Counted from the first letter of the stretch, positions 28,314 to 38,012 are shown. The stretch: 64,000 bases of DNA from a virus (IMGVR_UViG_3300020578_000017:32001-96000), one strand, 5' to 3'. The notes: generated by a model from the letters alone, not told the origin. Translations and numbers: made by a program.

Positions 28314-28844
28314 CTAAACCCCTGTCAAGCAAACTTGAGGAACTTCTACTTCTAAAGTCTTTGAAGCTAGCTCAATCTTTACAATAGCGTTGCTGCTATC
28401 TAGTAGTTTTACAACTTTACCTTGAAGACTGCTGTAAAGGCCCTTAGTTATAACAACATTTTGACCTTTTTGTAGATTAGCAAACATCATGTTATGAAGT
28501 TTATGCCTTAAAGAATTGATATAAGAGTCAGAGACCAGTTTTGCTCTTCTCTCTTTTCTGTTTTTTGTTATGGTGACAATATGATCAAAGAATCTGTTAT
28601 TCTCTAGAAGATAAGGATTCTTCCTGATTGTATTAGTTTTTATAAAAATATAACCAGGCATTATGCTTTTGATTATTTTCTCGTTATCAATCTTCTCTGA
28701 AGAAGATGGAAAAAATATCTCACACTCACCTATGACATCAAAAACTTCTTGTTTAAGTACTTCCTCTGGTTGCTGTTCGCCAACATAACTTACGTTGACA
28801 ATTATCCAGCCTGGATCTTCCTCTGTAAAAAACCTACTCATCAA
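28314..28844 (-). CDS. nusG: NusG-family transcription elongation/antitermination factor
   Basis: NGN domain (W.IV, IFFP, IMPGYIFI) plus KOW motif (KGQNVVITKGLYSSLQGKV). Confidence 0.85.
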   Translation of the reverse strand: MMSRFFTEEDPGWIIVNVSYVGEQQPEEVLKQEVFDVIGECEIFFPSSSEKIDNEKIIKSIMPGYIFIKTNTIRKNPYLLENNRFFDHIVTITKNRKERRAKLVSDSYINSLRHKLHNMMFANLQKGQNVVITKGLYSSLQGKVVKLLDSSNAIVKIELASKTLEVEVPQVCLTGV

Positions 28845-30090
28845 TTAACCTGCCACCTAAAAGATTTGCTAGTTGCTCTGTAGAGCCCATATTTACGCCG
28901 CTTTGACTATGTGCGCTATTTCTATTGCGCTTTGGGTTTCTGGCTAGCTCTACAAGTGGCATAGCTTCAGACTTTCCATTTTTTATTGAGTTTACGAAAG
29001 TAGAAAGACTAGGCTGGCTGCTTAGTAAACTGTAAAGAGGGTTACCAATTCTATTTCTAGCCTCAATTAATAATACGTCAGCTATTAGTGCTTCTTTAGT
29101 AAGACCAAAGTGAGGGCTTCCGAAAAACTTTGCAATAACTAAAAGCTCTTCGCCAAAAAGATCATAGGCATTTCTGGCTAATGCTTTATTAAAGAAGTCA
29201 ACCTCTTTTAGTCCCTTTGCCTCGCTATAGGCATCGATAGAAGCCTTGGCTAAACCAAGACTGACATCTCTAGGTGACTTCTTTGTAAGCATTGTTTCTA
29301 GTATTTTAAGCGATTCAATGATATTGTTTGGAACATTAAGTATAACTTTGATAAAATCTTCTCTTATTTGAAGAGAAAAATGTTCTTTAACTAAGTTTTC
29401 AGTTATGCTTCCAAAGATACTAATCTTATCTAATAACATTATAGCATCGCGCATGTAGTTTTTTGAAAGTTGAGCTAACTGTAATAAAGCTTTTGTTTCA
29501 AAAATAAACCCTTCTTGCTCACTTATTAGTGCAAGGCGCTTGCAAATATCATCAAGACTGACGTTTACTAACTCTAAATCAAAGCACCTTCCAGACAACT
29601 CCGGGGCAATTTTATTTGAGTCTGTGGTAACTAAAATAAGTATAATTTTATCTGCAAGATCATCAATTACTTGCTTTAGAAGTATCTGACCTGACATTGA
29701 AATAGTATGAGCTTCATCAATAACAATAATCTTTCTTGAAGAAAACTGAGAAATCTTTTCTTTAAGAATTTTAATGTCATTTACGCTTGAAATACTACCG
29801 CCGTCTAACTCGATATAATCTTTGTGTGATTTTGCATAAAAATCTTTACAAGACGGACACACAAGACACGGCTCTTGTTCTGCAGTTCTATTGTTGCATA
29901 AAATAGAGCTGCTAAATATTCTTGAAAGCGTTGTCTTTCCATTACCATGCGATCCCTCAAGTATGTAAGCAGCCTTAAAGGCGTTTCTAGCTAAAACAGC
30001 CTTTAATAACTTCACAGCACGAGTTTGCCCGACCACATCTTTGAATAGATGTGGTCGGTACTTATTCGCGAGAGATACCGAAGTTTGCAC
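28834..30090 (-). CDS. dnaX: DNA polymerase III gamma/tau clamp-loader ATPase
   Basis: SLANKYRP..F.DVVGQ, Walker A GSHGNGKTT, Zn module C...PC..CPSC, IDEAH, SGRC. Confidence 0.9.
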   Translation of the reverse strand: MQTSVSLANKYRPHLFKDVVGQTRAVKLLKAVLARNAFKAAYILEGSHGNGKTTLSRIFSSSILCNNRTAEQEPCLVCPSCKDFYAKSHKDYIELDGGSISSVNDIKILKEKISQFSSRKIIVIDEAHTISMSGQILLKQVIDDLADKIILILVTTDSNKIAPELSGRCFDLELVNVSLDDICKRLALISEQEGFIFETKALLQLAQLSKNYMRDAIMLLDKISIFGSITENLVKEHFSLQIREDFIKVILNVPNNIIESLKILETMLTKKSPRDVSLGLAKASIDAYSEAKGLKEVDFFNKALARNAYDLFGEELLVIAKFFGSPHFGLTKEALIADVLLIEARNRIGNPLYSLLSSQPSLSTFVNSIKNGKSEAMPLVELARNPKRNRNSAHSQSGVNMGSTEQLANLLGGRLIDE

Positions 30091-30095
30091 TGAAA

Positions 30096-31139
30096 TTACG
30101 CCAGTTTTGGTAAGTCTAGGTTTAAAAGCGAACCAGCTAGTGACTCATACCGTAGTCGGTGGTTGTCGTTCAAGTCCTGGGCTGATCTAGTGATAGTATT
30201 AGTAACCTGCCAGAAATTAGAAATATTAGGGTCTAATGCCTGGCCCTCAACTGACTCAACAAAGTTTTTGTTAAGCCCTCTGCGGTTTTTAAGAGATGTA
30301 AAAAGATCTCTAACTTGATCATTTGATACCTTATGGTCAAGAGATAGACGAATTCTTGCCATCATCTCAATCAAATCTTCTTGCATTCTATCTACACAGT
30401 TAGTTAGTATAGCAGATAAATCATCAGCCATTATATCTCTAAACTTAGAAGAAAAGTAAGAAGAGTTACCATACGTTACAATAGCTCCATTGCTACAGAT
30501 TTTACGAAATAGTAACGCATCAAGCGTAAGTGCTCCCATACACAGTTCTGAAGACCTAAGATGGAAACCTAAACTACACTCTAGGCCGTCGCCTGGATCA
30601 AATGTATGATTTGTGAAAAATCTAGCATGAAAGTCCTCATCTTCCATACCTGCACCAGAAGCAAAATCTAAGTTGATATTACCAGAGCCAAAGGATGCCG
30701 TAACAATATCAACAAGGTCTTTATTGTCTACAGGTACAATATCTTCGTCAATAATGGCCCTTACGTGCTTTGGTCCGTCTGTTGTCTCATAATAACGAAT
30801 AATTTTATTGCTTGATAGTTTTGACTTCTTTGAACCTGAATCATCACCAGATAAAGCCCTATCAATCCAGAAATTCATAATACCGTCATTTAAGAAGTTT
30901 GGATTTTTAACGACAAATGCATGTGGTACTTTAATCATTCTACAAAGCTGCTTCAACGCAGTTTTTGTTTGAAGTACAAAATCTTCTTGCGTATTCCTAT
31001 CATGCATGATATGTAATCCCGTCTCAGGGTCATGGCGATAGTCCATACTACTCAAATCAATATATTGATTTTTTGTAACGTTTTTTGTGGCCCTTACTTC
31101 AGCGTCAAGGACTTCTAATTCACTAATACGATCTGACAC
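30096..31139 (-). CDS. DUF932-like protein
   Basis: LFRKICSNGAI motif; AGGAGG SD. Confidence 0.65.
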   Translation of the reverse strand: MSDRISELEVLDAEVRATKNVTKNQYIDLSSMDYRHDPETGLHIMHDRNTQEDFVLQTKTALKQLCRMIKVPHAFVVKNPNFLNDGIMNFWIDRALSGDDSGSKKSKLSSNKIIRYYETTDGPKHVRAIIDEDIVPVDNKDLVDIVTASFGSGNINLDFASGAGMEDEDFHARFFTNHTFDPGDGLECSLGFHLRSSELCMGALTLDALLFRKICSNGAIVTYGNSSYFSSKFRDIMADDLSAILTNCVDRMQEDLIEMMARIRLSLDHKVSNDQVRDLFTSLKNRRGLNKNFVESVEGQALDPNISNFWQVTNTITRSAQDLNDNHRLRYESLAGSLLNLDLPKLA

Positions 31140-31157
31140 GACGCCCTCCTGTATCGA

Positions 31158-31835
31158 TTATAGAGACAGCTTCTGGATCATATTTCTCGGATCAGACACC
31201 CACCACTCATTCAAATCCTTGTAGGGGTACTCCAGAATGCTGGCAGACTTTCCTACTTTCTGGAATCTGTCTTCCCAATACTCACATCCCTTTCTTCCTG
31301 GCTCATCCATATCGAAAGCTAGAATAAACTTGTCTGCATATCTGATAATCCTCCTAAATTGTCCTTCAGTGAGTGTCCTTGTCAATGAACAAACCGAGTT
31401 TGGTTTTACGTGAGCAATAGAAAGTAAGTCAAATATACCTTCAGTTATGAAAACAGTCCTACTTTCCCATATATGCGGTAAGGCTTGTTTCCATCCCCAA
31501 AAGTTACCTTTAAATGAGGCATACTCTGGTATGAAATGTGAATAGTATTTAGACGACAATGATCTTGTTGAAAATGAAATAACACTGTTATTGTCATCAT
31601 GATGTGGAAAGATAAGTCTATTTGTGGTAGGAAACTTACCTGAACAAAAAGTTTGATTCCACTGACTTGCTTCTATAGAGCTTCCTTGAAGTTGATAAAA
31701 CTTCTTTATAAATCCTATTGAAAACTTATCTACTAATGAGCTTGTAATGTTTCTGGATTTTAAATAATCTAAAGCACTAGTTTCTTTCTTAAGTCTTTCA
31801 TGGGCTTCGGTAGACCAGGCAGTAAGATTCAACAT
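31158..31835 (-). CDS. DnaG-like primase catalytic core (TOPRIM) lacking the Zn-binding domain
   Basis: YLKSRNI, RLIFP, ITEGIFD, AFDMDEPG, KDLNE. Confidence 0.85.
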   Translation of the reverse strand: MLNLTAWSTEAHERLKKETSALDYLKSRNITSSLVDKFSIGFIKKFYQLQGSSIEASQWNQTFCSGKFPTTNRLIFPHHDDNNSVISFSTRSLSSKYYSHFIPEYASFKGNFWGWKQALPHIWESRTVFITEGIFDLLSIAHVKPNSVCSLTRTLTEGQFRRIIRYADKFILAFDMDEPGRKGCEYWEDRFQKVGKSASILEYPYKDLNEWWVSDPRNMIQKLSL

Positions 31836-31852
31836 AGGGTAAATACTTATAG

Positions 31853-31887
31853 AAAAAGGGCCTGTTAGGTATTTACCTAACAGGCCC
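31853..31887 (-). terminator. Intrinsic terminator
   Basis: 13-bp stem GGGCCTGTTAGGT/ACCTAACAGGCCC followed by TTTTT on the minus strand. Confidence 0.85.
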
Positions 31888-31902
31888 CAGTCTCTGTGTT
31901 TA

Positions 31903-33039
31903 CTAGGGAACGACTACCGTGTCAGTAGCGAATCTGGGTGAACCAGCTACCCTTACGTGAATGTAAGCAGTACCGCCGCCAGCAAATGCTGCTAGGTTTA
32001 GGCCAGCAACATCAGTATCGGCATTGGCGACCCAGACTAAACCAGGTGTGCCGTTGTTATCGATCTGGTACTGGTAACCAACAGAACCGATATCAGCTAC
32101 CGCAGTCCAAGAAGCAGTACCGCCTGCTAGTAAGGTAACAGTGGCAGGTGCTGGGAATAGGTTAACTGAGACAGGGTCGCTTAGCTCTGAGTAACGACCT
32201 GTGCTGCTGATTGCTCTGACCTTAAAAGAGAAAGTACCGTTTGATACCCTGTCTAAATTTACATCTTCGTTAGAAGCAGTAATGAACGCCGCATCTAGCA
32301 AACGGTTTGGAGTTGTGTTGGTCCAGGGATAATCGTAAGGTACGAGAATGACACCATAGTCACCGTTCTCGTTGGCTTCCCATAGCTCCCAAGCTACTAC
32401 TTCATCAGCGGCTGCAGCATTATCCCAGTTGAAAGTGATGCGATACTTGCCATCCATACCTAACCAGACAGATGAAGCCTCTAGGCCAGTTGGAGCCGCA
32501 GGATTGGTGAATGGGGACTCTTCTCTGCCGTAGTAAGGGTCAGAGTTTACCATATCATTCATTGGGTCATTGTCACGTACAACAACACCAATTTCATTTA
32601 GTACAGGGACTTCATTTGCAACATCAGAATGTACACTGGTATCTACTGGATCTAAAGCGCCCTGAGCGGATACTGGCTCCACTAAGGACTCTACGCGAGT
32701 GCGGGGGAAAGAGCTCTGCTCTTGTTGAGAGACCTGAAGACCTTCTGCTACTTCTGCGGCAGTAAAGCCCTTGCGAAGTGTTACAGACTGATTTTCTACT
32801 TCAGAGTTTAAAATTGCTGCGGCGTGCTGACCATCTAGAGTTTCCTCGGATGGGGCATAATCGCCTTGAGTATTGTCTGATAAGCCTAGATCATCAGAAA
32901 TGTCACTGGATACACCATTACGCTCACTAGAGCTTGTAACGGTCCCAGGCGCTCCGCCAGTTACAGGGAATCTGTATTCTAATGAGGGTGATCCTGCAAA
33001 AGGATCAGAATGCTCGGCGTCTTGCGGACCAAGGGGCAT
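31903..33039 (-). CDS. Acidic protein with C-terminal fibronectin-III-like domains (probable virion surface protein)
   Basis: PAAPTGL...FNW...FSFKVRAI...SELSDPV plus a second unit like the fibre repeats; AGGAGG SD; own terminator. Confidence 0.7.
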   Translation of the reverse strand: MPLGPQDAEHSDPFAGSPSLEYRFPVTGGAPGTVTSSSERNGVSSDISDDLGLSDNTQGDYAPSEETLDGQHAAAILNSEVENQSVTLRKGFTAAEVAEGLQVSQQEQSSFPRTRVESLVEPVSAQGALDPVDTSVHSDVANEVPVLNEIGVVVRDNDPMNDMVNSDPYYGREESPFTNPAAPTGLEASSVWLGMDGKYRITFNWDNAAAADEVVAWELWEANENGDYGVILVPYDYPWTNTTPNRLLDAAFITASNEDVNLDRVSNGTFSFKVRAISSTGRYSELSDPVSVNLFPAPATVTLLAGGTASWTAVADIGSVGYQYQIDNNGTPGLVWVANADTDVAGLNLAAFAGGGTAYIHVRVAGSPRFATDTVVVP

Positions 33040-33106
33040 AAGAAACCTCCTAAAAAGGGAAAAATAAATACCAGTAATCTAAAAGAAATACAATAATAAA
33101 GATTAA

Positions 33107-33634
33107 CTAATTGCCATCTTCAGGAAATAGTTTCTTCGTAAGCTCTTCTACATTTTCTTCATTATCTAAAGATGATTTTCCAAACCTAAAGTTCGCCCAC
33201 TCTTGGTTAGATATCCAAAACTTTATCTTATCTAAAAATGAAAGTTTAGGCAGGTTAGCTTCTTCCCCAAGTACCCACCTTAGCATATACATATCTCTAA
33301 ACTCATGCTGTAGAACTTCAGGATCGGATATTTTTTCCATAAATTCTACATAGATATCTTGCTTGTTGTATCTTGGAGAAAAGTATTGACAAAATCTTGC
33401 ATCTGCTACTGTTTCGCAGATGTTTCCTTCCCAGGAAGATGGATCTTCCGAGTTTAGCATACATAGCCCAACATGGTCTACAACTATCATATTATCCTTA
33501 TTATTCAAATAAGAATGAACATGATTATGTAGACAATTATGAGGTTTTTTTCCTAGTTTTTTTTGAAATGCTTTTTCAAGATTTCTTCCCAGAAGCTGAT
33601 GATACTTCTGTTTAACCTCTGACTCGTCTCTCAT
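33107..33634 (-). CDS. Cys-containing hypothetical protein
   Basis: 175-aa ORF with four spaced Cys. Confidence 0.55.
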   Translation of the reverse strand: MRDESEVKQKYHQLLGRNLEKAFQKKLGKKPHNCLHNHVHSYLNNKDNMIVVDHVGLCMLNSEDPSSWEGNICETVADARFCQYFSPRYNKQDIYVEFMEKISDPEVLQHEFRDMYMLRWVLGEEANLPKLSFLDKIKFWISNQEWANFRFGKSSLDNEENVEELTKKLFPEDGN

Positions 33635-33638
33635 GTAT

Positions 33639-34250
33639 TTAAACTTGCTTTATTACTAACTGGTTATGCGCCTTGTGGCACTTATATCTAATATGTGCAT
33701 TTTCTGCAAACTGCTCTTGGTGAGTGACAAGTAGAAAATCACAACGCATTCTCTCTGCCATTACCCTTAAAAATTCAGAGCATGGCTTTTGAAACTCTTC
33801 TGAAACGCCTGCAAAAATCTCATCACCAACAATCAACGGATAAAGCCCTAAGTTTGTAACAACAATGAGCCTTAAAATAAAACTGATAACACAAAGCATT
33901 CCGCCTCCAAAGCTATCGTCTAAAGAAGCCTCTACTCCGTCTACACTAAGCATAGGCTCATAGTGCAGTTGATCTCTTTTTACTGACTTCTTAAAGAAGA
34001 ACTTTATATCTTCATAGACATGTCCAAAAATGCTCTTAAGTCCAAAAGTGACTAAACCCTCTATCTGATCTACATTGTCATGAGACATTTTGTCCAAAAG
34101 AACTTTTAGAACTTCATGGGTTTCAAGTAGCAGGGACTGTTCTTCAACTAAGCTAGTAATCTCATTCTCTAGCTCTTTTTTCCTGGACTTTAATTCGTCA
34201 AGTTTTCCAGACTGACGATCTATTTGTCTTTTAAGGGTTTCAAAATCCAA
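33639..34250 (-). CDS. SbcC/Rad50 C-terminal half
   Basis: ABC signature SFGGG, Walker B IVGDE, H-loop VTHQ, short N-terminal coiled coil. Confidence 0.85.
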   Translation of the reverse strand: MDFETLKRQIDRQSGKLDELKSRKKELENEITSLVEEQSLLLETHEVLKVLLDKMSHDNVDQIEGLVTFGLKSIFGHVYEDIKFFFKKSVKRDQLHYEPMLSVDGVEASLDDSFGGGMLCVISFILRLIVVTNLGLYPLIVGDEIFAGVSEEFQKPCSEFLRVMAERMRCDFLLVTHQEQFAENAHIRYKCHKAHNQLVIKQV

Positions 34251-34254
34251 CTTA

Positions 34255-34536
34255 CTAAACCTCTTTTAGGCGATCTTGAATCTCTTGCAATGCGCTTGAT
34301 AGAGAAGCAGTGTCTTTTTCAAAATTTGCAACTTCTTTCTCTAGCTCTTCTGTCTTTTCTTTGATAATGTCATCTAGTTTTTCAGGATCAAGGCCTAATG
34401 AGTTAAGTTGCTTAATCAAGTCTTCCCTTTGCTTGGTTAAGTTTGCCCTTCTTTCCTCAAGGCGTACTTTGTCTTCCTTTGCAGTATCAAGAGCTTTCTT
34501 GGTCTGCAGTACCCTGGCTTCTAAATCTAGTTCCAT
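34255..34536 (-). CDS. 93-aa coiled-coil protein (possible SbcC middle piece)
   Basis: AGGAGG before ATG 34536 (MELDLEARV); helical hairpin of heptads. Confidence 0.65.
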   Translation of the reverse strand: MELDLEARVLQTKKALDTAKEDKVRLEERRANLTKQREDLIKQLNSLGLDPEKLDDIIKEKTEELEKEVANFEKDTASLSSALQEIQDRLKEV

Positions 34537-34577
34537 GAACATTCCTCCTATATTCATATAGAGACTGAGGGAAACAT

Positions 34578-35030
34578 ATGTTGAAACTTGTTCATCACAC
34601 CGATGAGATATTACGTCAAGTCGCAAATCCGGTCAAAAAAATCACTCGACAGGTAAGGTCTGACGTTTCTGAGATGTTTGACATTATGTATAAGTCTAAA
34701 GGTATAGGACTTTCTGCACCGCAAGTCGGTATATCTTTGCAAATTATAACGATAGATACCGAAAATGACCCTTTTGTGCTGATAAATCCTAAGATTTTAA
34801 AGAAATCTCAGAAAACTATCACTAACATAGAGGCTTGTCTATCATTTCCTGATAGTTTTTATCAAGTTGAGAGAAGTAGCAGTATAGTAGTTGAGGCAAA
34901 AGACATTAATTTTAGAAAAATATCTTTCACTGCTACTGGAATTACGGCTATTTGCATTCAACACGAGTATGATCACCTACTTGGTATCACATTTGATACC
35001 ATAGGAACTCTAGTGCCTCTAAAAATCTAA
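34578..35030 (+). CDS. def: Peptide deformylase
   Basis: GIGLSAPQVG, EACLS, QHEYDHL motifs; GAGGG SD. Confidence 0.95.
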   Translation: MLKLVHHTDEILRQVANPVKKITRQVRSDVSEMFDIMYKSKGIGLSAPQVGISLQIITIDTENDPFVLINPKILKKSQKTITNIEACLSFPDSFYQVERSSSIVVEAKDINFRKISFTATGITAICIQHEYDHLLGITFDTIGTLVPLKI

Positions 35031-35867
35031 GTTAATTACCGAAGAATCGCCAAATTTGTCATGAATTTCCTTATTTTTGGCGTATTTTTTGTCGTTTTCC
35101 CAAAACTTCTTGGAATCGCACTCGTTTTTGTAAGCACAGAACCTGCAACTTGCAAAACTTGGTGTAGCATTGAACTTTTTCTCTCTTATGGAGTCAAAAG
35201 TTGCTTTTAGATCCACCATGAACTTAGATAATACAGTGGGATCTACTTCATATATATCAATATCACCATATCTTATATACTGGTAACCCACTCTTATCGG
35301 TACTTTTTCACCAAAAAAGGATCTAGCCATAAGAAAGTAAAAGTATAGCTGCCTAGAGTCCAGGTACTTGTCTCTTGTTTTTGATGTTTTTCCATCGATA
35401 ATGAATAGAGTACCGTCTCTTAAGGTAATCAAGTCTATTCTTCCTGTAATCTTTTTACCTTCTTCTATTTGTACTTTTCCTGGATTGACTTCTGCCTTCA
35501 ATCCTGTGTTTAAAAAACCATCATCCTTTAGAGTTTTGAAGCATTTAGGTAAGCAATGAGCTGCTAACCCAAGAAGCTCTTGATACTCCTCGTCATGGTC
35601 CCAGATTATAAAGCTTTTTTCTACAATAGATGATCCAACGGTGTGGGCATTATCTAGAATCCACTGCAACCAAGATTCTTCAGGCTGTAGGTGTATTTTA
35701 TTTTTTACCCAAATCTCAAATAAATCAGCACATAATGTGCCAAAAAAAGCATTCTTTTTATTCTCAAGTTCCTTAGGCTGAACCCTGTCAATATATCTTA
35801 ACTTATAACGTTCAGGGCATTCCTGATAATCCTTGAATCCGTGGAAAGATAATACAATATCAGACAA
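35019..35867 (-). CDS. PD-(D/E)XK nuclease, Cas4/AddB-like with Fe-S cysteines
   Basis: YQECP, GRID, IIDGKT, QLYFY, CRFCAYKNEC. Confidence 0.85.
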   Translation of the reverse strand: MSDIVLSFHGFKDYQECPERYKLRYIDRVQPKELENKKNAFFGTLCADLFEIWVKNKIHLQPEESWLQWILDNAHTVGSSIVEKSFIIWDHDEEYQELLGLAAHCLPKCFKTLKDDGFLNTGLKAEVNPGKVQIEEGKKITGRIDLITLRDGTLFIIDGKTSKTRDKYLDSRQLYFYFLMARSFFGEKVPIRVGYQYIRYGDIDIYEVDPTVLSKFMVDLKATFDSIREKKFNATPSFASCRFCAYKNECDSKKFWENDKKYAKNKEIHDKFGDSSVINLDF

Positions 35868-35869
35868 TT

Positions 35870-36838
35870 TTATAAACCTGAGTTCGTAAGATACTCAACT
35901 ACGCGATCTCTTACTTTTCTAGATATTTCCATGTTGTCTAAAGTTGATGAGACCAGATCAGCACTTGCTGTTCTAGCCAAGTTTGTCTGTACTAGCTTAT
36001 CGCAGAACTCTTTGAAAGAGTTCTGTACTTCCACTTGGTCTTCGTGCTTTCTAACATTGAATACTTTGCTTCCGTGGTTGATCTTAAGTGGAATACGACG
36101 CTGCCTGAACCTGACATCATTCTCAAACTTTTCTACGGTAAGCAGGGTAACAACAACATCCCTATCAATATTATCAGTAGTTAAGGATCCTCTCATAAGG
36201 GAACCAGGTTGGTCAAATACCTTGCCTCCATACTCAAAGAACTTCTGAGGAGAATGATCATGTCCAACTAAAGTGTAATCAACTTCTGAGTCTGCCATGT
36301 CAATAAAAGACCACCGCTTCTCACCAAAGAAATCAGAACCTGATGCATCGCAAAACTCATGAACTACGGCAAGTAGAAAGTCTGAATCATTCTTCTTTAT
36401 GTTTTTATAATCATCTAAAGTCTTACCATAGGCAACTCCAGCTACTTTGACATTTAAGTCTTCTAACGTAAAGTCAATGTGGCTAGCGTCTATGTCCTCA
36501 CAAGTGCCTGTTTGAAATAGAACACCTAATGGCTGTTGGGGAAGACTATCCAATCGACCATGATATAAATCATGATTTCCTGCTACTGTTAAAAACCTAA
36601 AGCCTTCAAACTCTTTGATGATCCTGGAAACTAACCTGTGGCTAGTTTTGCTTGGAGTAGGATGATGAAAAACGTCACCAGTTGATATAAATGCTGACGC
36701 ATCATGCTCCAACATGAGATTTTTAATCTGCCTTATTTTATCAAACATAGCAGCTTCGTAATCATCAATTCTTGACGAAGGAGCATTGTCTGCAAAGTGT
36801 ATATCACCACACATGATAAAAGATATTTTAGCTGACAT
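35870..36838 (-). CDS. SbcD/Mre11 metallophosphoesterase nuclease
   Basis: GDIH, TGDVF, GNHD, VHE, GHDH, PGS motifs. Confidence 0.9.
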   Translation of the reverse strand: MSAKISFIMCGDIHFADNAPSSRIDDYEAAMFDKIRQIKNLMLEHDASAFISTGDVFHHPTPSKTSHRLVSRIIKEFEGFRFLTVAGNHDLYHGRLDSLPQQPLGVLFQTGTCEDIDASHIDFTLEDLNVKVAGVAYGKTLDDYKNIKKNDSDFLLAVVHEFCDASGSDFFGEKRWSFIDMADSEVDYTLVGHDHSPQKFFEYGGKVFDQPGSLMRGSLTTDNIDRDVVVTLLTVEKFENDVRFRQRRIPLKINHGSKVFNVRKHEDQVEVQNSFKEFCDKLVQTNLARTASADLVSSTLDNMEISRKVRDRVVEYLTNSGL

Positions 36839-38012
36839 AATCTTTTTCCATTACTCGATTACACAAAGGGCATTCTTCCATAGAGCCCATAAGATCATGT
36901 AGGTGATTATCTGCTTCCGATATGGAATATTCTGCAGATGAAATAGCTGAAGAAACTTCAGCTATTTGTTTGTCTAACTGCTTAATTTTTTCAAATGCTT
37001 TCTTCAATCCTTCAATCTTCTTTATTTCAGATTCTTTAACTTCTAGAGGAATATCAACTTCTGTAAGTTTATACAAAATCAGAATATTCTTTGATGCCTC
37101 TTTGTATGTTTTATTTATATCGCTAAGTTTTTTAATAAGCAAGAAGGCTTTTTCGTTAGGATATTCTGGAATAGATAAAGAAGAAATACTAGATAAGTTG
37201 TATATAGCTTCATCAACTTCCAAGAGGCTATCTCTGGTAGCTTTTAATGCTGCAAGGTTCTTTACTTCTTGTACCTCAACAGAGGTAGGAACTCTTACTT
37301 TTTTTAAGGTACTAAGAGAGGAAAGATTATTATCTATACTCGCTATTCTTGATTGTGCTTCTACCAGCAACCCAAGCTTATCCTGCTCTTCTTTGATGTA
37401 TTGCTGAACTGCATCTAGAGACTCAGACATCAAAGAAACTTTTTCAAAGCCTTGGTACTTTACTAGTTTATTGTCTAATGACGCAAGATCATCATACCTG
37501 GTCTTAAGTAATGATTTCTTACCCTTAAGATCAGAGCTGCATTCCTTACCTGCTTTAGTAATAACATCAAGCCTACCTAAGACAGAAAACACTTCTGATA
37601 TTAGACTACCTTGTTCTCTAATTAAAAAGAGAATGTCAAACTGGTCCGTGCCCATTTGTGGACGTAGTTTTGAACGGGAAAGCTCGACCTCCTTAAAGCC
37701 CATATCTAGTATGGGCTGAGGAACTTCTGTACCGACCTTGTCAAACAGTAAGCTGCTTACCTGATAGTGATTTTTACCTGAACCTTTTGTCCAGATGATC
37801 TCGTGGTCATCTGTGGTAATAGTAACTTCAGAAAACTTCTCACCATTTCTTACAAATCCATCGCCTGTCCTATTGAATAAGGCACCTTCTATTGCTCTGC
37901 AGATTGCAGACTTACCAGAGTTGCTAGGACCCGTAAGTACTGTATACTTATCGATCTCAAACTCTACGTTTTTGATAGATTGAAAGTTCTCAATTTTAAT
38001 CTTGATGGACAA
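36828..38012 (-). CDS. SbcC/Rad50 N-terminal half ending in the zinc hook
   Basis: IENFQS, Walker A GPSNSGKS, Q-loop DQFD, coiled coil, terminal CPLC. Confidence 0.88.
   Translation of the reverse strand: MSIKIKIENFQSIKNVEFEIDKYTVLTGPSNSGKSAICRAIEGALFNRTGDGFVRNGEKFSEVTITTDDHEIIWTKGSGKNHYQVSSLLFDKVGTEVPQPILDMGFKEVELSRSKLRPQMGTDQFDILFLIREQGSLISEVFSVLGRLDVITKAGKECSSDLKGKKSLLKTRYDDLASLDNKLVKYQGFEKVSLMSESLDAVQQYIKEEQDKLGLLVEAQSRIASIDNNLSSLSTLKKVRVPTSVEVQEVKNLAALKATRDSLLEVDEAIYNLSSISSLSIPEYPNEKAFLLIKKLSDINKTYKEASKNILILYKLTEVDIPLEVKESEIKKIEGLKKAFEKIKQLDKQIAEVSSAISSAEYSISEADNHLHDLMGSMEECPLCNRVMEKDYVS

Noticed and set aside
34537-34626. Longer start for the coiled-coil ORF (34626)
   Set aside because: Would overlap def head-to-head; a perfect AGGAGG precedes ATG 34536.
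35019-35867. Cas4-like gene as part of a CRISPR-Cas system
   Set aside because: No array or other cas genes; context is SbcCD/RecA, typical of solo phage nucleases.
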